From assembly GCA_963716525.1 (NCBI GenBank), contig OY970315.1, positions 3,238,154-3,302,153 of the forward strand: a DNA stretch of 64,000 nt. The letters are read 5' to 3'. Both the position numbers and the translations under genes were made by a program. The DNA comes from an uncultured Actinomycetes bacterium (GTDB lineage: Bacteria > Actinomycetota > Acidimicrobiia > IMCC26256 > PALSA-610). Below the pieces are notes generated by a model that saw nothing but the letters and a program-made list of their open reading frames with translations, searched no databases and was not told where the DNA came from. Shown piece after piece: positions 9,297-17,555 of this stretch (positions within the stretch are counted from its first letter, which is position 1; each line of letters opens with the position of its first letter).

Positions 9297-11708
9297 ATGC
9301 GCGCACCGCTCTCCTGGATCCGTGACTTCACACCGCTCGACGGCTCGGTCGCCGGCGCGGCCGCGATCGCCGACGCGCTGAACCAGCTCGGCCTGGAGGT
9401 CGAGGCGATCGAGGAACCCGGCGCCGAGATCCGTGGGGTGGTGGCGGCACGGATCCTCGAGGTGTTGCCGCATCCCGACGCCGACAAGGTTCGGCTGGCC
9501 GACGTCGACTACGGCGAGGGTCAGCTCCGCGTGGTCTGCGGCGCACCGAACATCGAGGCGGGCATGGTCGTGCCCTTCGCTCGCGTCGGCGCGAGCCTGC
9601 CGGGCGGTTTCGAGATCAGCCGGCGCAAGATCCGTGGGATCGTGAGCGAAGGCATGCTGTGCTCGGCGCGCGAGCTCGGCCTCGGCGACGGCCACGACGG
9701 CATCCTCGCGCTCGACGCGGCGGCGGAGCTCGGTCGTGACGTGCGCGACGTGCTCGGTCTCGACGACACCATCTTCGACCTGTCGATCACCACGAACCGT
9801 CCCGACGCCATGAGCGTGATCGGCGTGGCGCGCGAGCTCGCCGCGCACTTCGGGCTGCCGTTCGAGGTGCCCGAAGCGCCGGCTCCGGCGCGCACCGCTC
9901 CACACGACGCCGACGGCATCACCGCGGTCGTGGAAGCCACCGAGCGTTGCCCGCGGCTCGTGCTGCGCGCCGCGCGCATCACGATGGGCCCCTCGCCCGA
10001 GTGGTTGCAGCGCCGGCTCGTGCTCGCGGGGATGCGTCCCATCAGCAACGTCGTCGACGTCACCAACTACGTGATGCTCGAGCGCTGCCGCCCGCTGCAC
10101 GCGTTCGACCTCGGCCGCCTCGCGGGTCGCGGGCTCGTGGTGCGGCTCGCCGCGGAAGGCGAACGCATGACCACCCTCGACGGTGTCGAGCGCGCCCTCA
10201 CGAGCAACGAGCTGCTGATCTGCGACGGCGAACGGCGCCCGCAGGCGATCGCCGGGATCATGGGCGGGCGCCACAGCGAGGTTCACGACGGCACCGGCGA
10301 GATCCTGCTGGAGTCGGCGTACTTCTCGCCCGGTGGCATCTCACGGTCGAGCAAGCGCCTCGGCCTGCGCTCGGAGGCGAGCGCGCGCTTCGAGCGCGGC
10401 GTCGACCCGAACGGCTGCGGCACCGGCGCCGACCGGGCCATCGAGCTGCTGGTCGAGGTCGCGGCGGCCGCGCCCTCCGACACTGCGATCGACGTGTATC
10501 CGGTGCCGGTCGAGCGGCCGCGCGTCACCGTGCGCACCGCACGGGTCAACGCGATCCTCGGCACGGAGCTCGACACGCCCACTGTGCGGCAACTGCTCGC
10601 GCCACTCGGTATCGAGGTGGAGCCGGGACCTGCGCCCGACACCACGGTTGCGCGCTGTCCCACGTGGCGGCCCGACCTCGAGCGCGAGATCGACCTCGTG
10701 GAGGAGGTGGCCCGCCGCCACGGGCTCGACAAGATCGCGCGCACCGTCGCGTCGGCGCCGCCGGGAAGCGTCGGGCGGCTCACGCCCCGCCAGCGCGAGC
10801 GGCGGCTCGTCGCCGACGTGCTCGTCGGCGCGGGCTACGCCGAGGCGGTCACGATGCCGCTCGTGGCACCGGCCGACGTCGTCGCGGTCGGCACACCACC
10901 CGAGCGCGCGGTACGCGTCGCCAACCCGCTGCGCGCCGAGGAGTCGGTGCTGCGCGTGAGCCTGCGGCCCGGCCTGCTCGCGGCCGTCGCCCGCAACACC
11001 GCCCGCGGCAACCCCGATCTCGCGCTGTTCGAGATGGGTGCGGTGTTCCTCGCACCGCAACCAGGCACGCTCCTGCCCACCGAGCGCACGACGGTGGCGG
11101 GCCTGCGCGCCGGGCAGCTGCGCGTGCCGCCCCGGCCCGATGCCCGGCCCGTGGAGGTCGCCGACGCCGTCGACGCGGTGCACGCGATCGCGGGCTCGCT
11201 CGGTCTGTGTTCCGTGCGCATCGTGCCCGACCCGACGCTCCCGGGGCTGCATCCGGCGCGCGGGGCGCGTGTCGTGGTCGACGGCGCGCCGGCCGGGGTG
11301 GTGGGGGAGTACGACCCGCACGTGCTGCGCCCGCTCGGCATCGGCGGTACCGTCGTCGGCTTCGAGCTCGATCTCGATTCGCTGCGCGCCGCGGCACGCA
11401 GCGCCGCGATCTTCCGGCCGGTGTCCACGTTCCCGCCGGCGAACATCGATCTCGCGTTCGTGGTGTCCACCGACGTCGTCGCCGCCGACGTCGCGGACAC
11501 GCTGCGAGCCGCGGGCGGCGAGCTGCTCGAGTCGGTCCGCGTGTTCGACGTGTACCGCTCCGACGAGCTCGGCCCGGATCGCGTGAGCCTCGCGTTCACG
11601 TTGCGGTTCCGTGCACCCGACCGCACGCTCACCGACGCCGAGATCGCCGAGCTGCGCGCCGCGTGCATCGCCGCGGCCGAACGTGACCACGGAGCCGGGC
11701 TCAGGTGA
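9297..11708 (+). CDS. pheT: Phenylalanine--tRNA ligase beta subunit
   Basis: 803-aa ORF with an N-terminal tRNA-binding domain (VVAARILEVLPHPDADKVRLADVDYG) followed by B3/4, B5 and FDX-ACB domains. Confidence 0.93.
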   Translation: MRAPLSWIRDFTPLDGSVAGAAAIADALNQLGLEVEAIEEPGAEIRGVVAARILEVLPHPDADKVRLADVDYGEGQLRVVCGAPNIEAGMVVPFARVGASLPGGFEISRRKIRGIVSEGMLCSARELGLGDGHDGILALDAAAELGRDVRDVLGLDDTIFDLSITTNRPDAMSVIGVARELAAHFGLPFEVPEAPAPARTAPHDADGITAVVEATERCPRLVLRAARITMGPSPEWLQRRLVLAGMRPISNVVDVTNYVMLERCRPLHAFDLGRLAGRGLVVRLAAEGERMTTLDGVERALTSNELLICDGERRPQAIAGIMGGRHSEVHDGTGEILLESAYFSPGGISRSSKRLGLRSEASARFERGVDPNGCGTGADRAIELLVEVAAAAPSDTAIDVYPVPVERPRVTVRTARVNAILGTELDTPTVRQLLAPLGIEVEPGPAPDTTVARCPTWRPDLEREIDLVEEVARRHGLDKIARTVASAPPGSVGRLTPRQRERRLVADVLVGAGYAEAVTMPLVAPADVVAVGTPPERAVRVANPLRAEESVLRVSLRPGLLAAVARNTARGNPDLALFEMGAVFLAPQPGTLLPTERTTVAGLRAGQLRVPPRPDARPVEVADAVDAVHAIAGSLGLCSVRIVPDPTLPGLHPARGARVVVDGAPAGVVGEYDPHVLRPLGIGGTVVGFELDLDSLRAAARSAAIFRPVSTFPPANIDLAFVVSTDVVAADVADTLRAAGGELLESVRVFDVYRSDELGPDRVSLAFTLRFRAPDRTLTDAEIAELRAACIAAAERDHGAGLR

Positions 11709-12504
11709 GCGCGTAGGCGGCGATCGCGGCCGCGACCGCCACGTTCAGCGAGTCGGCGCCGGGGGCCATCGGGATGCGCACCCGCTCGTCGGCAGCGGCG
11801 AGCGAGGCCTGGCTCAGGCCCGGTCCCTCGGCGCCGAGCAGCAGCGCGATGCGCTCTCCGGCGCGCCGCGGCCGCGCGCGCAGGGGCGTCTCGCCGTCCG
11901 GCGCGAGCGCGAGCATCGTGAAGCCCGCGGCGCGCACGGCGGCGAGCGCGCCCGGCCAGGGTGGGGTGACCGCCCACGGGACCGTGAGCACGTGCCCCAT
12001 CGACACGCGCACGCACCGCCGGTAGAGCGGGTCGCTGCACTGCGGGCAGAGCAGCACGCCGCCCGCGCCGAGCGCGGCGGCACTGCGGAAGATGCTGCCG
12101 AGGTTCTCGTGGTCGTTCACCCGCTCGAGCGCGAGCACGGTACGGGTCGCCGGCGCGCCGAGGATCGTGTCGACGCCGGGATCGGCGGGCCGGTTCGCGG
12201 CCGCCACGACTCCCCGGTGCAGGTCGAAGCCGACCGTCGTGCGCAGCACGTCGCGCGATGCGAGGTACACGGGCGCGGTCACGGTCGCGAGATCAGTGGC
12301 GAGCTGGTCGAGGAGCGGCGGCGTGAGCAGGACCGACCGCAGGTCGGCGCCGATCGCGATCATCCGGCGGACCACGTTGACGCCTTCACCCACGAAGAGC
12401 TGCCCGGTGCGTTCGACGTTGACGCGCCGGTGAGGGTCGCGCAGTGCGACGTAGTCGACGATCCGCGGGTCGCCGGGATCGTCGATCGGTATCGCGCGGA
12501 TCAC
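11701..12504 (-). CDS. SpoU/TrmH-family RNA methyltransferase
   Basis: GTG 12504 overlaps the stop of the upstream J-domain gene (GTGA). Motifs: LERVNDHENLGSIFRSAAALGA, LLLGAEGPGLS and IPMAPGADSLNVAVAAAIAAY. Confidence 0.8.
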   Translation of the reverse strand: MIRAIPIDDPGDPRIVDYVALRDPHRRVNVERTGQLFVGEGVNVVRRMIAIGADLRSVLLTPPLLDQLATDLATVTAPVYLASRDVLRTTVGFDLHRGVVAAANRPADPGVDTILGAPATRTVLALERVNDHENLGSIFRSAAALGAGGVLLCPQCSDPLYRRCVRVSMGHVLTVPWAVTPPWPGALAAVRAAGFTMLALAPDGETPLRARPRRAGERIALLLGAEGPGLSQASLAAADERVRIPMAPGADSLNVAVAAAIAAYALT

Positions 12505-13250
12505 GCCTTCGTGGCGCTCGCCCGGAGGGCGCGGGCGCGGCGCCGGCCGACCACGAAGATGAACGGCGCTCCGAACAGGAGCTTCGCGGCGACGAACCAC
12601 AGCGTGAAGTCACGCGCGAAGTGGGACTCGTCGGAGATCACGTTGCTCGGATCGGTGCGCAGGTAGCGGACGGTGAGCGTCTCGCCGGGCGTGAGCACGC
12701 CGGGGTTGATCCGGTGCGGCGGCGGCGTGACCACCGTGTGGTGCTCGGCGGTGTTGAACGTGATGACCGGTTGACCGCCCGTGCCCTCCTCCACGATCGC
12801 GGTCACCTTCACCCTGCCGGTGTTCGCATTGACCTCACGCTGGTGCAGGCCGATCATGAACACCGACATGGCGACGCCGCCGAGGAGGCACAGGACGCCG
12901 AGCGTCATCGCGGCGCGGGCCTTGAATGGGGTCCAGCGGATGAGCGGTGTGCTCGGCGGGCGCGGCACACGACCCATCGGCTCGGGCCGGGCCCGCACGC
13001 GGCTCGGCTCGTCGTCGTGCACATTGTCGTAGTCGCGCCGCAGGCGCGGGTTCGACAGCACCTCGTAGGCCGCGATGATCTGCTTGAAGCGGTGCTGCTC
13101 CTCGGTGGTGCGCGAGCCGATGCGGTCGGGGTGGAGCTGCTTCGCGATGGCGCGGAACGCCCGCGCGATCTGCTCGTCGCTGGCGTCGGGCGCCACGCCG
13201 AGCAGCGCGTAGTAATCGACGTCGGCCCAGTCGCGAACGGTCGCAGGCAC
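12501..13250 (-). CDS. J-domain (DnaJ-like) membrane protein
   Basis: The N-terminal J domain is DYYALLGVAPDASDEQIARAFRAIAKQLHPDR. One predicted TM segment (AAMTLGVLCLLGGVAMSVFMIGL) is followed by a C-terminal beta-rich domain. Confidence 0.7.
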   Translation of the reverse strand: MPATVRDWADVDYYALLGVAPDASDEQIARAFRAIAKQLHPDRIGSRTTEEQHRFKQIIAAYEVLSNPRLRRDYDNVHDDEPSRVRARPEPMGRVPRPPSTPLIRWTPFKARAAMTLGVLCLLGGVAMSVFMIGLHQREVNANTGRVKVTAIVEEGTGGQPVITFNTAEHHTVVTPPPHRINPGVLTPGETLTVRYLRTDPSNVISDESHFARDFTLWFVAAKLLFGAPFIFVVGRRRARALRASATKA

Positions 13251-13273
13251 GACTCGATCCTAGGAGGGGCCGT

Positions 13274-14368
13274 TCACAGCACCACGACGCTGCGGAGGAC
13301 CTCGCCCCGTTTCATCTTGGCGAACGCGTCCTCCACGCCGTCGAGCGGGATCCGCTCGGACACGAACTTGTCGAGCGGGAATCGGCCTTGCTGGAACAGC
13401 TCGACGAGCAACGGGAAGTCGCGGCTCGGCAGGCAGTCGCCGTACCAGCTCGGCTTGAGCGCGCCGCCGCGGCCGAAGAACTCGATCATCGGGATCGCGG
13501 GGAACTGCATGTCGGGAGTGGGCACGCCGACCTGCACCACCGTGCCCGCGAGGTCGCGGGCGAAGAATGCTTGCTCGAGCACGGCGGGGTTGCCGACCGC
13601 CTCCACGCAGATATCGGCGCCGTTGCCGTCGGTGAGCGCCCGGATGCGCTCGACCGCGTGCTCGTTCGTGGCATCGACGGTGTGGGTGGCGCCGAAGTCC
13701 TTCGCCCACTCGAGCTTGCGGCGGTCGAGGTCGACCCCGATGATCGTCGTCGCGCCCGCGAGGCGGGCGGCCGCGATCGCGGCGTTGCCGACGCCACCGC
13801 AACCGAAAACAGCGATGCTGTCGCCGCGTCCGATGCCGCCCGTGTAGGTGGCCGCGCCGAAGCCGGCCATCACGCCGCAGCCGAGCAGTCCCGCGGCCGC
13901 GGGATCGGCCTGCGGCACCTTCGTGCACTGGCCCGCGGCCACGAGCGTCTTCTCGGCGAACGCGCCGAGGCCGAGCGCCGGTGCAAGCTCGGTTCCGTCG
14001 TCGAGCGTCATGCGCTGGCTCGCATTGTGCGTGGCGAAGCAGTACCACGGCTTGCCCCACGCGCAGGCCCGGCACACACCGCACACAGCCCGCCAGTTCA
14101 ACACCACGAAGTCGCCCTCGGCGACGCCCCGGACCCCGTCACCGACGCGTTCGACGACACCCGCGGCCTCGTGGCCCAAGAGGAACGGGAAGTCGTCGGT
14201 GATCCCGCCCTCGCGGTAGTGGAGGTCGGTGTGGCACACACCGCACGCCTGCACCGCCACGACCGCCTCGCCGGGTAGGGGATCGGGCACCACAATCGTC
14301 TCGATCGTCACGGGCGCGCCCTTCGCACGCGCCACCACACCGCGCACCCGTTCAGCCAAAGTACTCAC
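13274..14368 (-). CDS. Zinc-dependent alcohol dehydrogenase, class III / S-(hydroxymethyl)mycothiol dehydrogenase-like
   Basis: [13 protein letters not shown]...[17 protein letters not shown], the structural-zinc cysteines CGVCRAC...C, and the NAD fold [12 protein letters not shown]. Confidence 0.85.
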   Translation of the reverse strand: MSTLAERVRGVVARAKGAPVTIETIVVPDPLPGEAVVAVQACGVCHTDLHYREGGITDDFPFLLGHEAAGVVERVGDGVRGVAEGDFVVLNWRAVCGVCRACAWGKPWYCFATHNASQRMTLDDGTELAPALGLGAFAEKTLVAAGQCTKVPQADPAAAGLLGCGVMAGFGAATYTGGIGRGDSIAVFGCGGVGNAAIAAARLAGATTIIGVDLDRRKLEWAKDFGATHTVDATNEHAVERIRALTDGNGADICVEAVGNPAVLEQAFFARDLAGTVVQVGVPTPDMQFPAIPMIEFFGRGGALKPSWYGDCLPSRDFPLLVELFQQGRFPLDKFVSERIPLDGVEDAFAKMKRGEVLRSVVVL

Positions 14369-15146
14369 CGCCGTTCACGTCGAGCGTCTGGCCTGTGATC
14401 ACGCGGCTCCACGGCGATGCGAAGAACACCACCGCGTTGGCGATGTCGTCCTGGGGCGGGATCTCGCGCAGCGGGATCTCGGCCTCGCGCTCGGCCACGA
14501 CGACACTCACATCGACGCCTCGTTCCTGGGCCATCCAGCCGAGGTACATCTCCACCGACGGCCCGCCGATCCACCCCGGAGCAACGGCGTTCACGCGAAT
14601 GTGCGCGGGACCGAGCTGGTACGCGAGGCCCTGCATCGCGGTGCGCAATGCGCCCTTCGACGACGAGTAGTCGATCTCGTCGGCCCGGATCTTGCGCTGG
14701 CTCATCGACAGGATGAACACGATCGACGCGTCGCCGTGCGCAGCCGCGGTCTGCTTGAGTGCCGGCACGCACGCCTGCGTGAGCTCGAGCGTGCCCCATA
14801 CGTTCACGTCGTGGATCTTGCGCCACTTCGCGAGGTCGGCGGCCTCGAAGCTGCGGAACTGGCTCGCACGGAACGCGTTGTTCACGACCACGTCGAGGCG
14901 GCCGAAATCGTCGATGCACCGCTGCGCGAGCGCGTCGCACTGGTCGCGGTCGGTGATGTTCGTGGGCACTGCGAGCGCGTTGCCGCCCGAGGCCACGATC
15001 TCGTCGGCGGTTTCCGCGAGATAGTCGGCGGACCGGGCCGCGAGCACCACGGTGGCGCCTTCCCGGGCGAGGGCCTTGGCATTCGCCTGGCCCAGGCCCG
15101 GACCCACACCCGACACGATCGCGACGCGTCCATCCAGCAGCGGCAT
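14352..15146 (-). CDS. Short-chain dehydrogenase/reductase (SDR)
   Basis: ATG 15146 ([20 protein letters not shown]...). The NNA motif and the YSSSK catalytic motif are present. The upstream part of track ORF 14352..15452 is non-coding-like. Confidence 0.85.
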   Translation of the reverse strand: MPLLDGRVAIVSGVGPGLGQANAKALAREGATVVLAARSADYLAETADEIVASGGNALAVPTNITDRDQCDALAQRCIDDFGRLDVVVNNAFRASQFRSFEAADLAKWRKIHDVNVWGTLELTQACVPALKQTAAAHGDASIVFILSMSQRKIRADEIDYSSSKGALRTAMQGLAYQLGPAHIRVNAVAPGWIGGPSVEMYLGWMAQERGVDVSVVVAEREAEIPLREIPPQDDIANAVVFFASPWSRVITGQTLDVNGGEYFG

Positions 15147-15157
15147 GGGATTGATGC

Positions 15158-16204
15158 TTAGCAGGGCTGCCGGGCCGCGGTCGCCACGGGGAGGAACTGG
15201 CGGTGCCAGGCCTCGATCGTCTGCGACGTGGCGAACGTGCTCACCCCGTACTGGTCGCCGGGACTCCGCACGCGACCGTTCGACAGCTGCTGCGATCGCA
15301 GCCACGCGAGCGGCGAGTGGAAGGGACGGGCGCGCTTGGCCGGCGCCGCCTTGTCGCGCCAGCACCGGTTGCCCGGGTCGTAGCCGGCGGCCGTGATCGC
15401 GAGCACCGCGCTCGCGGTCGAGTTCGGGTCGTTCGCGCCGAACGACTGCCATGCACCGGCCCAGTCGTGGAACTGCCCGGCGAGGAACACGAGGCCCTTG
15501 TGCTCGGTTGCGTCGGTCGGTCGCACGCCGGCGGCCACGAGCGCCTCGATCGCGGTCGACGTGGTGTCGACGTCCGCGTCGGTCGAGTGGGAGCTGCCGG
15601 TGTAATCCCAGCCGCCCTGCGCCTGCTGCGCGCGGCGCATCACGTTGACCGTCGCTGCCGAGATCGGCGCGCTCATGCTGCGCAGGGCAAGCGTCGCGTA
15701 GAGCGTGTCGTTGAACGTGCCGTACGTGCCGTTCGACTTCCGGCCGTGCACGACGAGACCGCGCAGGTTCACCCGGCCCCCGTCATGGTCGGGGTCGAAG
15801 TGCGACGGATTCAGGCCCAGGGGCTTCACCACGAGCACGATCACCTTCGCGGCCTGCCCGGCGCTGACGCCGCCGTCGACCAGATCGTCGATGTAATGCA
15901 GGGGCGAATGGCCGTGGGAGACGGTTGCGTTCACCGCCGCCAGCGCCTGCTTGGTGCTCCAGGCCGCTTGGCGCTGCGCGTTCTCGGCGATGGCCTCGAT
16001 CGCGTCGGGCGTCTCGAAGCCGGCGAAGCCGGCAAGCTCGAAGCCGCCGTTCGCCTGCTGCTTGGTGCGCAACCAGGTGGTGGCGCGCGCCGAGGCGCGC
16101 TTTGACGCCGTGTCGTGCCAGCCCGAGAAGCGGAACGCGCCGAGCCCCAGGACGAGCCCTCCGAGCGCCCCGATCGCCGCGGTCTTGCGGAGTCGACGTT
16201 GCAT
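15158..16204 (-). CDS. Exported prenyltransferase/squalene-oxidase-repeat (alpha/alpha toroid) protein
   Basis: ATG 16204 is preceded by AAGGA. An N-terminal signal/anchor (AAIGALGGLVLGLGAF) is present. Q-x-x-x-G-G-type repeats recur (KQQANGGFE, AQQAQGGWDY, SQQLSNGRV). It is the second gene behind a cobalamin riboswitch. Confidence 0.6.
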   Translation of the reverse strand: MQRRLRKTAAIGALGGLVLGLGAFRFSGWHDTASKRASARATTWLRTKQQANGGFELAGFAGFETPDAIEAIAENAQRQAAWSTKQALAAVNATVSHGHSPLHYIDDLVDGGVSAGQAAKVIVLVVKPLGLNPSHFDPDHDGGRVNLRGLVVHGRKSNGTYGTFNDTLYATLALRSMSAPISAATVNVMRRAQQAQGGWDYTGSSHSTDADVDTTSTAIEALVAAGVRPTDATEHKGLVFLAGQFHDWAGAWQSFGANDPNSTASAVLAITAAGYDPGNRCWRDKAAPAKRARPFHSPLAWLRSQQLSNGRVRSPGDQYGVSTFATSQTIEAWHRQFLPVATAARQPC

Positions 16205-16218
16205 GGTGTTCCTTTCGG

Positions 16219-17184
16219 TCAATCGCCCGCGACGCGCGCGCGGCGACGGTGCGCGGCGGCGATCGCGACGGCGAATGCCGCCACGATCATGCCGAACATG
16301 ATCCAGACGGTCGGCGATGTGCCGGACGCCGAGTGCACGGTGGGAGGGGCGGCCGCGAGGCGGCCCGTGCTCACGCCCGGTCCGGCGCGTGCCCCCGAAG
16401 AAGGTGGTGGCGCGCTCGTCGCGATCGTGGTCGCGCCGCGCCCGGCTGCGCTCGATGGCGACGCTGTGGACGTCGTCGCGCCGGACTTCTTGGAATGCGC
16501 GTTCGAGGAGAGCGCCGTCGACGACGGTGCCGGCGGCCGGCTCGTCCCGGTGCCTCCCGGCCGCGATCCCTCTCCGTGCACGAGCGGCGCGGTGGTCGGC
16601 GAACGGCCGGGCGTGGTGGTGCGCGGCGCGCTCGTGGGCGGTGCGGGCACCGTCGTCGTGGACAGTGGCGGCGGCGCGGGGAAGAATCGGGCGAGCGGCA
16701 CGTAGGTGGGTGTGCTGCCCGTGCCCCAGCGCCAGCCCTCGATGTCACCGTCGTGTACCTGCGTCGCGCCCGCGCCGGCACGCCAGGTGGTGAACGACGT
16801 GGTGCCCCTAGTGGCCCGGGAGTACGACCAGTAGTCGGGGTCCGCGCACGTGAGGCATGTGGCGTCGTCCGGGCAGCCGAAGTGCGTCCCGCCGATGTCG
16901 AGTGCGCACACCGCGCCGCCGATGCCGCCGAAGCTCCGCACCGTCGGTGCGAACCCGGCCGAACGCAGCGCGTCGATGCCCGTGATCGATCCGCTGAACG
17001 TGATCCCGACGCGCCTCACCGTGCCGTTGCCCTCGTCCACGACGACGCCGGCGCGGGCCGTCCCAGTCTGGGCCCTTGCAGCCTGGGCCGTTGCCGTCTG
17101 GGCCGGCGCCGCGTTCGCACCGGCCGCGGTCAGCGCGGTCAGGGCGAGCAACGCGACGATGCCGGCGAGGAGCCGTTGCACCAT
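16219..17184 (-). CDS. Exported DUF4430 (transcobalamin-like C-terminal domain)-like protein with a Pro/Thr/Ser linker and C-terminal membrane anchor
   Basis: ATG 17184 lies 8 nt after GGAGG. A signal peptide (LLAGIVALLALTALTAAGANA) is present. The domain pattern is VVVDEGNG...ITGIDALRSAG...DYWSYSRA...VHDGDIEGWRW. A long P/T/S-rich spacer and a terminal TM segment (IMFGMIVAAFAVAIAAA) follow. It lies directly downstream of a cobalamin riboswitch. Confidence 0.55.
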   Translation of the reverse strand: MVQRLLAGIVALLALTALTAAGANAAPAQTATAQAARAQTGTARAGVVVDEGNGTVRRVGITFSGSITGIDALRSAGFAPTVRSFGGIGGAVCALDIGGTHFGCPDDATCLTCADPDYWSYSRATRGTTSFTTWRAGAGATQVHDGDIEGWRWGTGSTPTYVPLARFFPAPPPLSTTTVPAPPTSAPRTTTPGRSPTTAPLVHGEGSRPGGTGTSRPPAPSSTALSSNAHSKKSGATTSTASPSSAAGRGATTIATSAPPPSSGARAGPGVSTGRLAAAPPTVHSASGTSPTVWIMFGMIVAAFAVAIAAAHRRRARVAGD

Positions 17185-17194
17185 GCCCATCACC

Positions 17195-17400
17195 TCCGTC
17201 GGACCCCGTCTCCTCGAGGGTCCTGGCCGAGCCGCCTCACGGCGGCGTGTACGGCAGCGGCGCATGCACTGGCGCCGCCGAGAGGATGGGCATCCTGGCT
17301 CGCGTTCCCGGGGCCGTGCCTCGGTGACGCTTACAGTTGCGGGTCAGCGCCGGACTCGCACCGGCTTCCCCCGGCCCGTCGTGCGACGGACCCACACCAG
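17195..17400 (-). promoter_or_regulatory. Cobalamin (B12) riboswitch
   Basis: The minus strand reads GGGAAGCCGGTGCGAGTCCGGCGCTGACCCGCAACTGTAA (17370-17331), which is the conserved GGGAA..GGTG..TCC..GC.G.CCCGC.ACTGT core. A B12-box-like AGCCAGGATGCCC is at 17300-17288. GCCAGTG is at 17273-17267. A CCTCT anti-SD (17286-17282) could pair with the GGAGG SD (17197-17193). Confidence 0.8.
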
Positions 17401-17555
17401 GCCTCCGAGCCTGGCGTGATCACTCCGGCCCGGACACTACCGTGCCGCCGCCCGCGGTGCGTCACCGTCGACCTCCGTTGATCGGGATAGCGTGCGCGGC
17501 GCGACGCCGATCACGGCGCCGCCGGCGCGTCTGCGCCACGGGCAAGGGGGCATTC

